From: Octopus sinensis
Lineage: Eukaryota
Assembly (NCBI RefSeq): GCF_006345805.1
Contig: NC_043010.1
Location: 5,890,001-5,954,000, forward strand
DNA: 64,000 nucleotides
Reading direction: 5' to 3'
The number at the start of each line of letters is the position of its first letter. Positions within the stretch are counted from its first letter, which is position 1. Made by a program: the position numbers and the translations under genes. The notes beneath the pieces were generated by a model that saw only the letters and a list, made by a program, of their open reading frames with translations, had not been told where the DNA came from and made no database searches. Positions 63,597-64,000 of this stretch are shown here, one piece after another.

Positions 63597-63825
63597 CAAC
63601 AGTTGTCAGTTGTTTGTTCTGTTGTTGCTGTGCTGTTTCAGTGTTCTGATAACAAAGTTGTAGTAGTAGCAGAAGTTTGGTAAGTGATAGTGTTATACAG
63701 TTCTATGGAGTTGGTTGTGTAGTGTGTAATGTGTGTTGTAGCCAATGACAAGCTGTCTTTTATTCCAATGCAAGGAAACGGAAATACAGCCTCCAACTTT
63801 TGCAGTTAATGATGGGCTGACTCAC
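63597..63825 (-). promoter_or_regulatory. Unit D promoter-like core (63738-63825) and non-coding exon 0; donor at 63596-63591
   Basis: 82/88 identical to the A core with no gaps. Confidence 0.72.
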
Positions 63826-64000
63826 ATACAGTATCACTTAGGCCCACATACACTTGTGTGTGTGTGTGTGTGTTAGTAGAGTGTACATAAATGAACAAGG
63901 AAGAAATGTCTAATATCTAAAATGGAAAGGATAGGCAATAAATTCAGTATGGAAAATGTTATTTCTAAATAATGATTATATAGTTTATAAATAGTATAAG

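Overview
AT-rich, microsatellite- and retroposon-laden eukaryotic DNA. It is almost certainly from an octopod/coleoid cephalopod, judged by the tandem protocadherins and the repeat families. The core is a head-to-tail minus-strand protocadherin (PCDH) array. Reading splice signals by hand, each gene is not the single 801-aa ORF in the track but a 4-exon unit: a conserved promoter-like module plus a non-coding exon 0, a large exon 1 (signal peptide, 6 cadherin repeats, TM; 799 codons), a 151-nt exon 2 and a terminal exon 3. Three units are complete: A (29.8->20.6 kb, 957 aa), B (45.9->30.8 kb, 964 aa) and C (57.0->46.9 kb, 964 aa). Two are incomplete: D (promoter at 63.7 kb and a frameshifted exon 3 at 59 kb, with no exon 1 or 2) and E (a decayed promoter/exon 0 at 19.5 kb with no coding exon in the remaining 19 kb). 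The most interesting signals are: an 88-nt promoter-like element repeated in front of every unit; domain-restricted homogenisation (EC5-EC6-TM identical, EC1-EC4 divergent, an EC2 hot spot); gene B as an unequal-crossover chimera carrying a 6.5-kb intronic insert; a dead PCDH exon inside the 5' introns; a possible intronic-polyA short isoform; a retroposon VNTR expanded into a 1.5-kb array where D's ectodomain should be; an antisense micro-exon; and hammerhead-like motifs. The rest is RTE LINEs, Penelope-like relics, a mariner fragment, tRNA-SINEs, MITEs and Helitron-like elements. All alignments and counts are manual. The last ~5 kb looks error-prone, so absences there may be assembly artefacts.
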